64,000 nt of DNA from Candidatus Sulfomarinibacteraceae bacterium (GCA_963769215.1 CAVYKX010000019.1:93314-157313), one strand, 5' to 3'; counted from the first letter of the stretch, positions 33,718-43,213 are shown. Program-made: numbers and translations. The notes: generated by a model not told the origin, from the letters alone.

Positions 33718-34622
33718 GGGCCTTGTCCTCCTCCACGGCGCGGATGAAGATGTTTTCGAGATCGGGGATGAAGCGGGTGAAGCTCTCGACCTCGCCGCGG
33801 TCGACCAGCGCCCGCAGCAGGTCCCTCGGTTCCTGGCCGTCCGCCAGTTCGAGGAGCTTTTCGTCGCCGAGCGGGTGGACCGAGATCACGCCCGGGAGGG
33901 TGGCGAGGTCGTCGTCCTCGAGATTCGCGCTGCACCTTCCAGGTGTTGCCGCCGTAGTCGTGGCGGATCTCCTCGAGCGAGCCGAGCAGGATCGGCCGCG
34001 CCCGGTTGATCAGGCAGATGTCGGAGCACAACTCATCCACCTGCGGCAGCACGTGGGTGGAGAGCACGATGGTCACGCCCTCGTCCTTCATCGCCTGCAT
34101 CAGGTCTTTGAGCTGGCGGGTGTTGATCGGGTCGAGGCCCGAGAACGGCTCGTCGAGGATCAGCAGCGGCGGCCGGTGGAGGATCGTGCCGATGAACTGG
34201 ATCTTCTGCTGCATGCCCTTGGAGAGGTCCTCCACCTTGTGGGTCGCCCACTCGTCGAGCTCGAAGCGCTCCAGCCAGGCCGAAGACCGTTTCTTCGCCT
34301 CGCCCGGCCGCAGCCCGCGGATCGTGCCCAGATAGACCAGGTGCTCGAGCACCTTCATCTTTTTATAGAGGCCGCGTTCCTCCGGCAGGTAGCCGATGAT
34401 CCGCCGACGGTCGTCGTCGACCGGCTCGCCGTCGAGCAGCACCGTGCCGCTGTCGGACGAGATGATCCGCATCACCATCCGGATAGTCGTGGTTTTCCCT
34501 GCGCCGTTGGGACCCAGCAGACCGAAGACCGACCCCCGCGGGACAGTGAAGCTGAGATCGTCCACCGCCACGTGGTCCCCATAGCGCTTGCTCAGATTCT
34601 GCAATTCGAGTATTGCGTCCAC
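33710..34622 (-). CDS. ABC transporter ATP-binding protein (NatA-like); frame break near 33930
   Basis: Walker A GPNGAGKTT, signature LSKGMQQKI and Walker B LILDEP (ORF 33606..34622). The shifted C-terminus ends ...EEDKAHA* at 33710 and overlaps the permease start. Confidence 0.8.
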
Positions 34623-35208
34623 TCCGCCTCCTTTTTCCGATGTCGGAGCATACTACGCGCGACTGTGACTGGTGTTCCACTGTCCTTTCATGCCCGTGCC
34701 CGTGCCCGGCGTGGGGATCGGAAGCGCGCTCCTCCGTTCGACGCGCTCTTCTGCAAACGCCACACCGCGTGGTTACTGGCGGCCTGCGGCCACCGTGAAG
34801 CACCGTCGCCAGCGAGCGGACCCATGAATTCGCCTCACGACGAATCCTGGGCCGCGGGTCGCAGCCGTCGGTGGTTTGCCACCCCTAACAATGTTTGGAC
34901 CATTCGCTGAACTGAGCGGAGGGCACTCGGTTCCAAACATTGTGAGAAGTGGCACGCCCGATCATCGCGCTGTTCTTCAAACCCGTATTGGCCGCCCACT
35001 CCTATGTCATCCCGAGCGGAGGTGACCGACCGGCTCTGCCGGGAGGGCACCGGAGTCGAGGGATCCCCCGAAATAGGAGAGTGACGCAATCACCCATGCC
35101 TCAAACCCAGCAATCCATTACCTCATCACAACCCCGCCCACCAAAAACCCAGCAAACCATTCACCGATCGACCCCCTGCCTTCTGATGACTCAGGAAATA
35201 CCTGGCTC

Positions 35209-35330
35209 CCCGCATTCCCCATTCCCGATCCGGGTGGGCGGGAACTCAAAACTCAGAACTCAAAACTCAGAACTCAAAACTCAAAACTGCATCATGTGGG
35301 TGGGTGGGCGGCATTCCTCATTCCTAATTC
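35209..35330. repeat. Composite repeat E12: (CATTCC)n - core GGGTGGGCGGG (35232-35242) - (AACTCARA)n array - core GGGTGGGTGGGCGG (35298-35311) - (CATTCCT)n
   Basis: Read directly. Lies 55 nt upstream of tRNA-Arg. Confidence 0.8.
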
Positions 35331-35384
35331 ACCCCCGGGCTTGCGTTGAAAACTCCCTTGTGGCAAAATGCGCCTCCTTGAGCT

Positions 35385-35461
35385 GCGCCGATAGCTCAAT
35401 TGGATAGAGCATCTGACTACGGATCAGAAGGTTGGGGATTCGAGTTCCTCTCGGCGCGCCA
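35385..35461 (+). tRNA. tRNA-Arg (anticodon ACG), CCA encoded
   Basis: Manual cloverleaf. Acceptor stem GCGCCGA/TCGGCGC. D arm GCTC-AATTGGATA-GAGC. Anticodon arm TCTGA-CTACGGA-TCAGA. Variable loop AGGTT. T arm GGGGA-TTCGAGT-TCCTC. Discriminator G followed by CCA. Confidence 0.9.
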
Positions 35462-35497
35462 TTTTTCATTCGAACTGTCAGTTCGAATGAAAAATGG
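35459..35497 (+). terminator. Perfect 19-bp-arm palindrome CCATTTTTCATTCGAACTG-T-CAGTTCGAATGAAAAATGG overlapping the tRNA CCA end
   Basis: Read directly. Plausible tRNA terminator or element-end structure. There is no long U tail. Confidence 0.5.
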
Positions 35498-35686
35498 TCG
35501 CGGCGAAGCTGCCTTGCAGCGAAGCCGGACACGTCGCTTCCAATCGCCTGCCACCGTGCAGGCGTTTCTCGTTTCAGCGCGTTGTGCCGCCCCCGGTGGC
35601 GCCGCGTCTCGCCGGAACCGGTGGGTGATCGTAAGCCGTGAAGAGGAACTGATTTCTATCGGAGGAGTTTCCCCAGGCCGGCCGGA

Positions 35687-36001
35687 CTATTTGCTGTTGG
35701 TTTGCTCTGCCAGGGATTCGTCGATCAGACTGTGGCTTTCGAAGACGGTGAGGACGACGATGGTGCTCTCGTCGGGTTGGTACACGATGCGGTAGTTGCC
35801 GAGAATCACTTCGCGGAGATCGGATCGACCGAACTCAGGGACGATGCGACCCGAAGTCGGGAACAGTGCGGTGCGCTCGACCGCATCCAAAATCTCCCCG
35901 ACCAACTTCGATGCCGCGCCCGGTTTGTCACGAGCGATGAAGTCGCCGATCTCGAGGAGGTCACGACGAGCCCGTTTCGACCACAGAATCGCAGTCTTCA
36001 T
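35687..36001 (-). CDS. Type II toxin, ParE/RelE superfamily
   Basis: Intact 104-aa ORF (WSKRARRDLLEIGDFIARD...IVYQPDESTIVVLTVFESH). Its start overlaps the upstream antitoxin stop by 4 nt. Confidence 0.75.
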   Translation of the reverse strand: MKTAILWSKRARRDLLEIGDFIARDKPGAASKLVGEILDAVERTALFPTSGRIVPEFGRSDLREVILGNYRIVYQPDESTIVVLTVFESHSLIDESLAEQTNSK

Positions 36002-36285
36002 TCCTCGTCGCCGTATCGGGTATGGACCTCGGCGACCAGACTTTCGTGCGTGACGACCCTGCCCGAACGGGTGTCGTCGAGCCCCTCCGCGACCGCATTA
36101 GCGAAACGGAGACGCTCGGTCAAGGCGTCGAACTCGGCAGGGGAGAGCAGAACACCGGCGGCGCGGCCGTTCTGAGTGATGACCATGGGTGCCCCGGTCT
36201 CGGCGAGCCTCTTCAGCAGTTCCGAAGCTCGGGTCTTGAATTCACTCAGCGGAACGATGTCTTCGGCGACTCGAAGATTCGGCAT
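35998..36285 (-). CDS. Type II antitoxin, Phd/YefM family
   Basis: Intact 95-aa ORF (VPLSEFKTRASELLKRLAETGAPMVITQNGRAAGVLLSPAEFDAL). Confidence 0.75.
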   Translation of the reverse strand: MPNLRVAEDIVPLSEFKTRASELLKRLAETGAPMVITQNGRAAGVLLSPAEFDALTERLRFANAVAEGLDDTRSGRVVTHESLVAEVHTRYGDEE

Positions 36286-36338
36286 GGGGCCTCCTGGAGT
36301 CTAAATATAGTCTTTATAAAGTCTTTTTTCAAGACTGA

Positions 36339-36577
36339 ATCAGGTCCGAATGGCCAAGTGCGGCCAAGGTCCGCGTACCGGATGACGGCCCCGGGCCGCG
36401 GCTGCGATCGGTGGATGTCTTCCGAGGCATCACGATCGTCGCGATGATTCTGGTGAACAACCCGGGTGATCCAAAATCGACCTACTGGCCGCTGCTGCAC
36501 GCCGAGTGGCACGGCTGGACCCCGACGGACCTGGTCTTCCCCTTCTTCCTCTTCATCGTTGGCGTCGCGATCGGAAG
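36339..36577 (+). pseudogene. 5' fragment (about 75 codons) of a DUF1624/DUF5009-type acyltransferase (heparan-alpha-glucosaminide N-acetyltransferase-like) gene
   Basis: ...[60 protein letters not shown] matches the N-terminus of an about 370-aa membrane-protein family. Similarity stops exactly where the 26-bp inverted repeat begins (36579). Confidence 0.6.
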
Positions 36578-36578
36578 G

Positions 36579-36650
36579 GTGCCAGGTATGCGCTTTGTGC
36601 GCATCCCGTTCATCCCACCGGAAGATGCGCATAAAGCGCATACCTGGCAC
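36579..36650. repeat. 26-bp inverted repeat GTGCCAGGTATGCGCTTTGTGCGCAT / ATGCGCATAAAGCGCATACCTGGCAC (1 mismatch), 20-nt spacer
   Basis: Read directly. Sits at the truncation point of the acyltransferase fragment, 80 nt upstream of STK1. Confidence 0.8.
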
Positions 36651-36729
36651 CCACCCGAAGCCGGACACCCCGTTTCATACGTCTGCCACCGCGCAGGCGT
36701 TTCTGTTTCTGTGGTGATGCTGCGGTATC

Positions 36730-39429
36730 ATGGCCGAGCAGGTAAACCGGACAATGCGAGACCTCATCGGTCGCACCCTGGGCCGCTACCGTATCGTCGA
36801 GAAGATCGGTGCAGGTGGAATGGGCGAGGTCTTCCGCGCCCACGACGAACGACTCGATCGGGATGTTGCGATCAAGGTATTGCCTGCGGAGGTGGCCCAA
36901 ACCCGTGACCGCCTGGATCGGTTCGAACGTGAGGCGAGGGCGGTGGCCAAACTCGACCATCCAAACATCCTCGCCATCCACGATTTCGGCACGGATCAAG
37001 GAGTTACCTACGCCGTCACCGAGTTGTTGGATGGTCAGAACCTCAGGCAGTCAATCCCGGCCTCCGGCATGCCGTGGCAAAAGGCGGTGGAGATCGGAGC
37101 GGCCATTGCCGATGGTCTCGCCGCAGCACACGGCAAGGGGATCGTTCACCGCGACCTCAAACCCGAGAACATCTTTCTCACCGCCGATGGGCGAATAAAG
37201 ATTCTGGACTTTGGGCTCGCCCAGGTGAAGGTGCCGGTAGAGGAGGAAGCCGAGACCGCGACCCTCACCCCAGCCGGAACGATTCCGGGGACCGTCATGG
37301 GAACCATGGGCTACATGTCGCCGGAGCAGCTTCGCGGCCAGACGGTCGACGCGCGGTCCGACATACTTGCCCTCGGCTGCGTGCTCTACGAGATGTTGGG
37401 GGGTGTGGCGGCCTTCCGTCGTGGGACGACCGCTGAGATCTCCGCCGCCATCCTCAAAGAGGACCCTCGTGCACTGACGGATTCAGGGATACTGTTACCG
37501 TCAGAGCTCGATCGGACTGTCCGTCGCTGTCTCGAAAAAAGTGCTGAAGCCAGGTTTCAGTCAGCCTCCGATCTCGCCTATGATCTCCGCGCCAATTCTA
37601 CCGCGCCAGCGCCCGTGGCCACTCGCGACGTACCTCACGCCGGTGACCGGAGGAAAGCGATCGCGGGGACCGCCATCGGATTCGTCATCGTGGTCGCCGT
37701 CGTGTTGACGGTCATTCTGAGCGGACCGCTCCGGCGACAGCCGGCCGCACCTCAACCGGAGTTCTCGCCGAATCGAGTCGCCGTGGTGCAGATGGAGAAC
37801 CGGACCGGGGATCCCTCGCTCGATACTGTGGGCATCTTAGCGGCTGACGCGATCGTGCAGCGGTTCACCGAATCTGCTGCCGCCGAAGTAGTGCTGCTGC
37901 TGGATGCGTTGGAGGAGGCTCTATCCACGGAACGGGACAGGGACCAGAGGCGGGGGACGGCCTACCTCCTCGAGCGCGCCCGCCAGCGGGGCGCAGGTCT
38001 GGTGCTTTCCGGTGCATACTACCTGGACGGTGACACCCTGCGGCTGCAGGCGCGCCTCGTCGACGTCGCCACTGGTGATCTGATCCACGCATTCCAACAG
38101 GTGGGCGCAACAAGAGACGCGGTTGCTGACGGCATCGACTCGCTCAGCGACCGGCTTCTGGCGGGGGTGGCGGCGCACGTCGCCCACTACGATTTCGACA
38201 TAGCCGTCATGAGACCCCCTTCCACCTACGAGGCTTACCAGGCCTACCGCCAGGGCGATGAGTTGTTCGGCCCCAACTGGCCAGGGGCCATCGTGCACTA
38301 TCGGCGAGCCTTGGGAATCGACCAGGACTTTCACTTGGCGCGGATACAGCTTGTGTGGTCGCATATCAACATCGACGACTACGAAGGGGCGAGGAATGAA
38401 CATTCGGTCCTGGAGAAGCAACTCGACCGGATGACCCTGTACGAGCGGACCTACGTCCAGTATCAGAAGGCTTTTCTGGAGTGGGATCGCTCAGGTGCGT
38501 TGAACGCGCTCCGTCGTATGCAGGAGCTTGCACCGCAGATACCATGGCATCCACAAGAAATCGCGTTTCGTGCGCTCGAACTGAATCGTCCCAGGGAGGC
38601 CGTCGAAGCGCTTGAGCCCAGCATCGATCGCCCCCATTTCGATTCGGGTGCCGTCCCACAATGGCCCCTCATGAAGATGACATCGGCCCAGCACATGCTT
38701 GGGGACTACGAGCGCGAGCTCGAGTACGCGGGGCTCGGTTTGAAACGCTTTCCAGGCCTCGCCAACTTTTTTTTTGCCAAGGCGCGAGCGCTGGCGGCGA
38801 TGGGGCGGACCGAGTTGGTCGACGAGGTCATCGATGAGTTCCTTCGTGTCCAGACACGCGGCGGGTCGCCTGGGGGACTGATGAGCGCGACTGCCTCGGA
38901 GTTTCGAGCCCACGGCCACCACGAGGCAGCCGATGAGATGGCGGTCCGGTCGGTGAAGTGGTACGAAACCCATCCTTCGGCGCTCCCGGAGGAAAGTGGG
39001 TCCGTCGCCACCGAGTTGTGGATGATTGGCTACCCAGATGAGAGGAAATCCCTTGCCAACGCACTGTGGATAGTCGGGCGCTGGCACGACATCGGCAACC
39101 TCATCGTACGGCCGATCGATACCGGACCGAGCGAGTACAAGTTGGCTGGATGGCTTGGAGTCATCGCCGCCATCAAGGGCGATGACGACCTGGCGGTGCA
39201 GGTTTCTGATGACCTGCCAGTGAGCGACAGCCCGCGAGCGGTTGCTTGGGGGAGGTATTGGCAAGCCTGCATCGCGGCTCATCTCGGAGAAAAGGAGAGG
39301 GCAGTCGAGCTCCTCGCCGAGGCATTCTCCAAGGGCTACCCATTCAGTGTCCTCCTTCACAGCTCCATGGACTTCGAACCCCTCTGGGACTACCCGCCGT
39401 TTGAGGAGCTAATCGAACCGAAGGGATGA
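36730..39429 (+). CDS. Ser/Thr protein kinase with TM segment and large C-terminal TPR/helical-repeat region (STK1)
   Basis: Intact 899-aa ORF with [30 protein letters not shown] and GYMSPEQ. A TM segment ([21 protein letters not shown]) is followed by a helical-repeat tail. Confidence 0.9.
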   Translation: MAEQVNRTMRDLIGRTLGRYRIVEKIGAGGMGEVFRAHDERLDRDVAIKVLPAEVAQTRDRLDRFEREARAVAKLDHPNILAIHDFGTDQGVTYAVTELLDGQNLRQSIPASGMPWQKAVEIGAAIADGLAAAHGKGIVHRDLKPENIFLTADGRIKILDFGLAQVKVPVEEEAETATLTPAGTIPGTVMGTMGYMSPEQLRGQTVDARSDILALGCVLYEMLGGVAAFRRGTTAEISAAILKEDPRALTDSGILLPSELDRTVRRCLEKSAEARFQSASDLAYDLRANSTAPAPVATRDVPHAGDRRKAIAGTAIGFVIVVAVVLTVILSGPLRRQPAAPQPEFSPNRVAVVQMENRTGDPSLDTVGILAADAIVQRFTESAAAEVVLLLDALEEALSTERDRDQRRGTAYLLERARQRGAGLVLSGAYYLDGDTLRLQARLVDVATGDLIHAFQQVGATRDAVADGIDSLSDRLLAGVAAHVAHYDFDIAVMRPPSTYEAYQAYRQGDELFGPNWPGAIVHYRRALGIDQDFHLARIQLVWSHINIDDYEGARNEHSVLEKQLDRMTLYERTYVQYQKAFLEWDRSGALNALRRMQELAPQIPWHPQEIAFRALELNRPREAVEALEPSIDRPHFDSGAVPQWPLMKMTSAQHMLGDYERELEYAGLGLKRFPGLANFFFAKARALAAMGRTELVDEVIDEFLRVQTRGGSPGGLMSATASEFRAHGHHEAADEMAVRSVKWYETHPSALPEESGSVATELWMIGYPDERKSLANALWIVGRWHDIGNLIVRPIDTGPSEYKLAGWLGVIAAIKGDDDLAVQVSDDLPVSDSPRAVAWGRYWQACIAAHLGEKERAVELLAEAFSKGYPFSVLLHSSMDFEPLWDYPPFEELIEPKG

Positions 39430-39613
39430 CGGCTGGATCGGCACCACCGTCTCCATGGTGCACTCCTGGTGCACTTGAACTCAACAATCGAGTATTCCAG
39501 GCAACAACCGACCACACAACGAGGCCACCCGAACGGCCCGTAAGTCCTCGTAACTCTTGTTGTTGAGTGTTGTATGATGTCGTAAGTTGTTATTATGTAT
39601 AAGCTTACGATCG

Positions 39614-39662
39614 GACTACGGATCAGAAGGTTGGGGATTCGAGTTCCTCTCGGCGCGCCATT
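39614..39662 (+). repeat. Direct repeat of the 3' part of tRNA-Arg (49/49 nt identical to 35415-35463); putative att site
   Basis: GACTACGGATCAGAAGGTTGGGGATTCGAGTTCCTCTCGGCGCGCCATT occurs at both places. The second copy lacks the 5' half of the tRNA. It is preceded by an AT-rich stretch (39560-39613) that is unusual for this genome. Confidence 0.85.
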
Positions 39663-39743
39663 AAAATCAATGACTTACGGCTATCGTTGCGGTGGCTTTC
39701 TTTCTGCTGTCACAGAACTGTCGCAGGTGTGAGCGATGTCGGT

Positions 39744-41684
39744 TTATTCACGCGGTTTCGGGACCGCTCTTCTCGGGTTCAAGTGGGCCGAGAGAATTCC
39801 CTCAATGGGATTCCCCTCTTGATCACGGGCGGGGTCGAACTCCCACTCTTCGAAAAACGCCTGCAACTCCGGGAGCGCGAGTCCCGAGCTCATCTCACCG
39901 CCATAACCTCGCTTGATTCCGTAAACCCTGCCGGTGCTGCTGATCACAGCTTGCATGGACACGGCTGTGGTGATCCCTGTCGGATTCTCGCACCAGGGAA
40001 ACGATTCGGGCGTGAGGATGGGCCGAGGGGACCCGGTTTTTTCAGCTGAACCAGACCGAAGTGAAGTCCCAGCGTTGAAACGAATTTCCAGGTCGCAGTG
40101 AGCATATCGAAGAAAGCGCCACCCTGATCCCGATGTGGGTACCGGAGCCCTTGTTCGCGCTATCCGGACTGTGGGGGCCTCACCAAAAACCAATTCGCCG
40201 TCACTGAACAGGTCCCAAGTACTTCGAAGCCAATCGAACAAAAACTTTTCTCGAGCCCAACTCCCGATATCGAACACAGGATCCCCATATCGAATCGTGA
40301 CGGAATCCGCCGCGACAAGAACCTCCGCTTCAGGGAAACTCACGGGACCCGCGCCGCCGAAAAGCGGTTGGTCGGCACACGGTTCGAGGAGGGCGGCCTC
40401 GATCCCGAGGTTCGCGCCGATGGGCTCGGTACGAATCAGCCATCTTTCGCGATCGTTCCCATTCGGCTGAGGATAGGAGTGTTCGATACAGGGCAGCGAA
40501 AATTCGACTACCCGTACCTCGCCCTTTTTCCAAAGCACCGATCCTGTCGCTGAAGCCCTCGCGAGGAGCATCTCCTCAGACCATCGAAAGGTCTCGACTT
40601 CCGCCACTTCCGGCCACTCCTTCCGATAGTGATCAACCCAGAACCCAAATTTGCCGCGCGGATGATTCTCGACATTATTCCGAACCCACCACGACGATCC
40701 GCCCTGAAATCCGAACTGCGGAAGCAAGATCGCACCCTCGGCCCTCGAACGATCATTGAGGCCTAGAAATCTCGAGGCGCCATGGTTGGTTGGGGACTCG
40801 GCCATCAGAGCCTTCAACCCCTGGACGACAACCGTCGCCGCATACGGCTGATAGCCGATTTCACGCGCCCTGGCGGCGAGCACCGCCAGGCCATCCAAAT
40901 TCTCAACGTCGTGTCGAGCCGGTCGGTGGTTCACCTGCCACTCAAACGAGCCCCGTGTCTCCCCCCCGTTCCAGCAAACCCATGAGCGTACAGGGACCTC
41001 GAACCAGAGCTCACCGCCTCGAAACTCCCACCCGGGCTTGATACTTGCTTGCGCACTGGCAAAATCACCCGGTGAACAGGGGGACAAATCTCGTGTTTCC
41101 AACATTGAGTTGCGTAAGAACCTGACCTCCGGATCGATCTGCACGACGATCCACCGGGTTTCAATCACCGCACCTCGCCAATGGTCGCGGGTGTGTTTAC
41201 ACACGATGGCCAGGAGCACCTTCGAACCATCTTCGATAACCTTGATATCCGTCACATCGACCGGTGACTGCAGCGGAATGATCTCCTCGTCCTTGAGACC
41301 GCGTTTCGGCTCGAGGGACACGATCAGCTCATAGCCCGAATGGGGCTGATCGGAGGTTTCGCGCCGACTTTCATTCTCCGAAATCTCTGCCTCGGATGGT
41401 CCACGCTGATGGATCTGAAAGCCGAGCCAACGGCCCTCGGTTGTCCGAACGTGATAGACGCCACCTTGATTCTCCGACTGCTTGACCTCCAACTCCGCGC
41501 CCGAAAGGAACGGAGGTGTGAAAGCCATCGTCGTACAGATCGCGCAGATGCTCATCACAGAAGCCCCGGTGCTCTGCCACGCCTCCATATGAACCTCCCG
41601 ACGATCAATGGTATCGAAGCATTGTGCAAATGATGTGTCGAAAATGTCGCAAATCCAAGCCGGAATCATTCGGAATGCGTGCAA
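39744..41684 (-). CDS. Hypothetical protein (646 aa in the ORF track; start uncertain because the 41684 codon is TTG) with a possible TonB_C-like C-terminal domain
   Basis: Intact long ORF with clearly lower GC (50-60% in two hand-counted 100-nt samples). The C-terminal about 70 aa (ITTAVSMQAVISSTGRVYGIKRGYGG...LQAFFEEWEFDPARDQEGNPIEGI) resemble the TonB C-terminal pattern by eye. No other recognisable motifs were found. Confidence 0.55.
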   Translation of the reverse strand: MHAFRMIPAWICDIFDTSFAQCFDTIDRREVHMEAWQSTGASVMSICAICTTMAFTPPFLSGAELEVKQSENQGGVYHVRTTEGRWLGFQIHQRGPSEAEISENESRRETSDQPHSGYELIVSLEPKRGLKDEEIIPLQSPVDVTDIKVIEDGSKVLLAIVCKHTRDHWRGAVIETRWIVVQIDPEVRFLRNSMLETRDLSPCSPGDFASAQASIKPGWEFRGGELWFEVPVRSWVCWNGGETRGSFEWQVNHRPARHDVENLDGLAVLAARAREIGYQPYAATVVVQGLKALMAESPTNHGASRFLGLNDRSRAEGAILLPQFGFQGGSSWWVRNNVENHPRGKFGFWVDHYRKEWPEVAEVETFRWSEEMLLARASATGSVLWKKGEVRVVEFSLPCIEHSYPQPNGNDRERWLIRTEPIGANLGIEAALLEPCADQPLFGGAGPVSFPEAEVLVAADSVTIRYGDPVFDIGSWAREKFLFDWLRSTWDLFSDGELVFGEAPTVRIARTRAPVPTSGSGWRFLRYAHCDLEIRFNAGTSLRSGSAEKTGSPRPILTPESFPWCENPTGITTAVSMQAVISSTGRVYGIKRGYGGEMSSGLALPELQAFFEEWEFDPARDQEGNPIEGILSAHLNPRRAVPKPRE

Positions 41685-41692
41685 GGTCCGCA

Positions 41693-41748
41693 GTTCTGAC
41701 TGATGACCATGGGTGCCCCGGTTTGGTCGAGTCTCTTCAGCAGTTCCG
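41693..41748 (-). pseudogene. 56-nt fragment of a second Phd/YefM antitoxin gene (about 91% identical to 36169-36224)
   Basis: Hand alignment gives 51/56 identical nt. It encodes ...ELLKRLDQTGAPMVISQN versus ...ELLKRLAETGAPMVITQN. No start codon, no C-terminus and no cognate toxin are present. Confidence 0.7.
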
Positions 41749-41833
41749 CTATGTCGGGAAGCGCGATGTGCGAGAAGCGCGGCGGAACGTCGCGATATAC
41801 CGGCCGCAGCAGATCCTTGGTGAGATCAGCGGG

Positions 41834-43141
41834 CTACGTGACCTCGGGCAGAGACCAGCTCATGAGAGCGCCTGCGAGGCCGAGCACCGAGAGGACGAGG
41901 ACCACGAACAGCACGGAGAAAACCTGGGCCACGGCACCCATGCCACCGAGGACGAGAAGCAGGACTCCGATGACCGAGTTGCTGACGGCCACGTAGTCGG
42001 TGCGCCGGTTCCCGGCGGCAAGATCGACGACGTACGTTTTTCGCCCTAGGCGGACACCGCTGTGGGCGACCATCAGCGTGAAGAAGACTGCCGGATAGAA
42101 CCACAGAGCCGCCGCGACGCCGGGCGCGAAGAGCTCGACGGCAACCGCCAGGAAGCCGAGCCCGCTCGTGAGCAGAGCTGCCAGCGCCATGACCGTTCGG
42201 CTGGACCAGTCGGCGGCCCGGCCCCAGAACGGGGCGCTGACGCTCGAGGCGAGGCCGCCGGCGATGATGAAAAAGCCGAGCTGGCCTGCTGTGCCTGCCT
42301 CGTGCCGGCGGGCGAGGATCACGTAGTAGGGTGCCGAGAGCGCCGAACACAACAACAGGGCGCGCGCGATCACGAAGTTGCGGAAGGACGTGTCCTCCCG
42401 GAGGAGGGCGAGCTTTCGAACGGCTTCGGCGAAGGCGTTGCCGCCGCCCTCGGTTTCACCGGGCAGTTCCTCGATCCGGGAGTAGAGCCAGGAGGCCGCG
42501 ACCCACAGGACGGCAGCGCCGGCCAGCAGCACGAGAAAGGTCGCCGGGGCCCCGTCGTCCGACCCGAAGGCGATCAGCGCCGCGCCCACACCCAGCGTCG
42601 CCACGCCGGCCGCGCTCGCGCTGAAGCCGTTGACCCGCCCGCGCCGGGTCTTCGGGATGGTCTTGCCGAGCACGTCTTTCGCCGCCACTGAGCAAAGGCC
42701 GCGGGCAAGACTGAATACGACCAAGCAGGCGACGACCCCCAAACCAGCTGCAATGCCGCTCGAAAACCATGCGATCACACCCATCGCCAGGACGGCCGCT
42801 GCCTGAAGCAGGCTGCCTAGAACCCAAACCCACTTCCGCACCGGCCGCCTGCGCACGGCGGCGGCGATCAGGAGCTGCGGGATCAGCGAACCGGACTCGC
42901 GGATCGGCACCAGGAGCCCGGTCAGCGCGACCGGCGCCCCGATGGCCTCCATCATCCAGGTCAACGTGGTCTTGGGGTTGGCGATGGCATCGCCGAGCTT
43001 GGTGAGCACGTAGCTACCGATGAGGAGGAAGAAGTTCTTCGGCACCTCCCGGCAGGCCTCGTCCGGGATCTCGCGGCAGACGCGGGCATCCTCCTCGTTG
43101 ACCAGTCGCCCATAGAGTTCGTCGAGCGTCCATTGAGCCAT
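41834..43141 (-). CDS. MFS-type transporter
   Basis: Intact 435-aa ORF with about 12 hydrophobic segments and a central loop. The family assignment rests on overall architecture only. Confidence 0.6.
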   Translation of the reverse strand: MAQWTLDELYGRLVNEEDARVCREIPDEACREVPKNFFLLIGSYVLTKLGDAIANPKTTLTWMMEAIGAPVALTGLLVPIRESGSLIPQLLIAAAVRRRPVRKWVWVLGSLLQAAAVLAMGVIAWFSSGIAAGLGVVACLVVFSLARGLCSVAAKDVLGKTIPKTRRGRVNGFSASAAGVATLGVGAALIAFGSDDGAPATFLVLLAGAAVLWVAASWLYSRIEELPGETEGGGNAFAEAVRKLALLREDTSFRNFVIARALLLCSALSAPYYVILARRHEAGTAGQLGFFIIAGGLASSVSAPFWGRAADWSSRTVMALAALLTSGLGFLAVAVELFAPGVAAALWFYPAVFFTLMVAHSGVRLGRKTYVVDLAAGNRRTDYVAVSNSVIGVLLLVLGGMGAVAQVFSVLFVVLVLSVLGLAGALMSWSLPEVT

Positions 43142-43213
43142 GCGGCAAAGGATAACCGAACCGAACGCGGCACTTGGGTGTTCATTTGGATTGACGCTGC
43201 CTTATGATCGGGC

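Noticed and set aside
34886-35090. Hairpin AACAATGTTTGGA...TCCAAACATTGT and the GTCATCCCGAGCGG...GAGTCGAGGGATC segment as an ncRNA or a known repeat
   Set aside because: The stems are real, but each is a single copy in this window and I could not match any family from memory. The evidence is too weak to report as a feature.
34949-35407. 152-aa ORF upstream of and overlapping tRNA-Arg
   Set aside because: It runs through repeat E12 and into the tRNA gene. It has a low-complexity Pro/Gln/Ser composition and no RBS.
35462-39613. Integrase, excisionase or transposase inside the tRNA-flanked islet
   Set aside because: All six frames were inspected through the ORF track and by eye. Only the toxin-antitoxin pair, the acyltransferase fragment and the kinase are coding. 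No R..H..R..Y or DDE-type sequences were seen.
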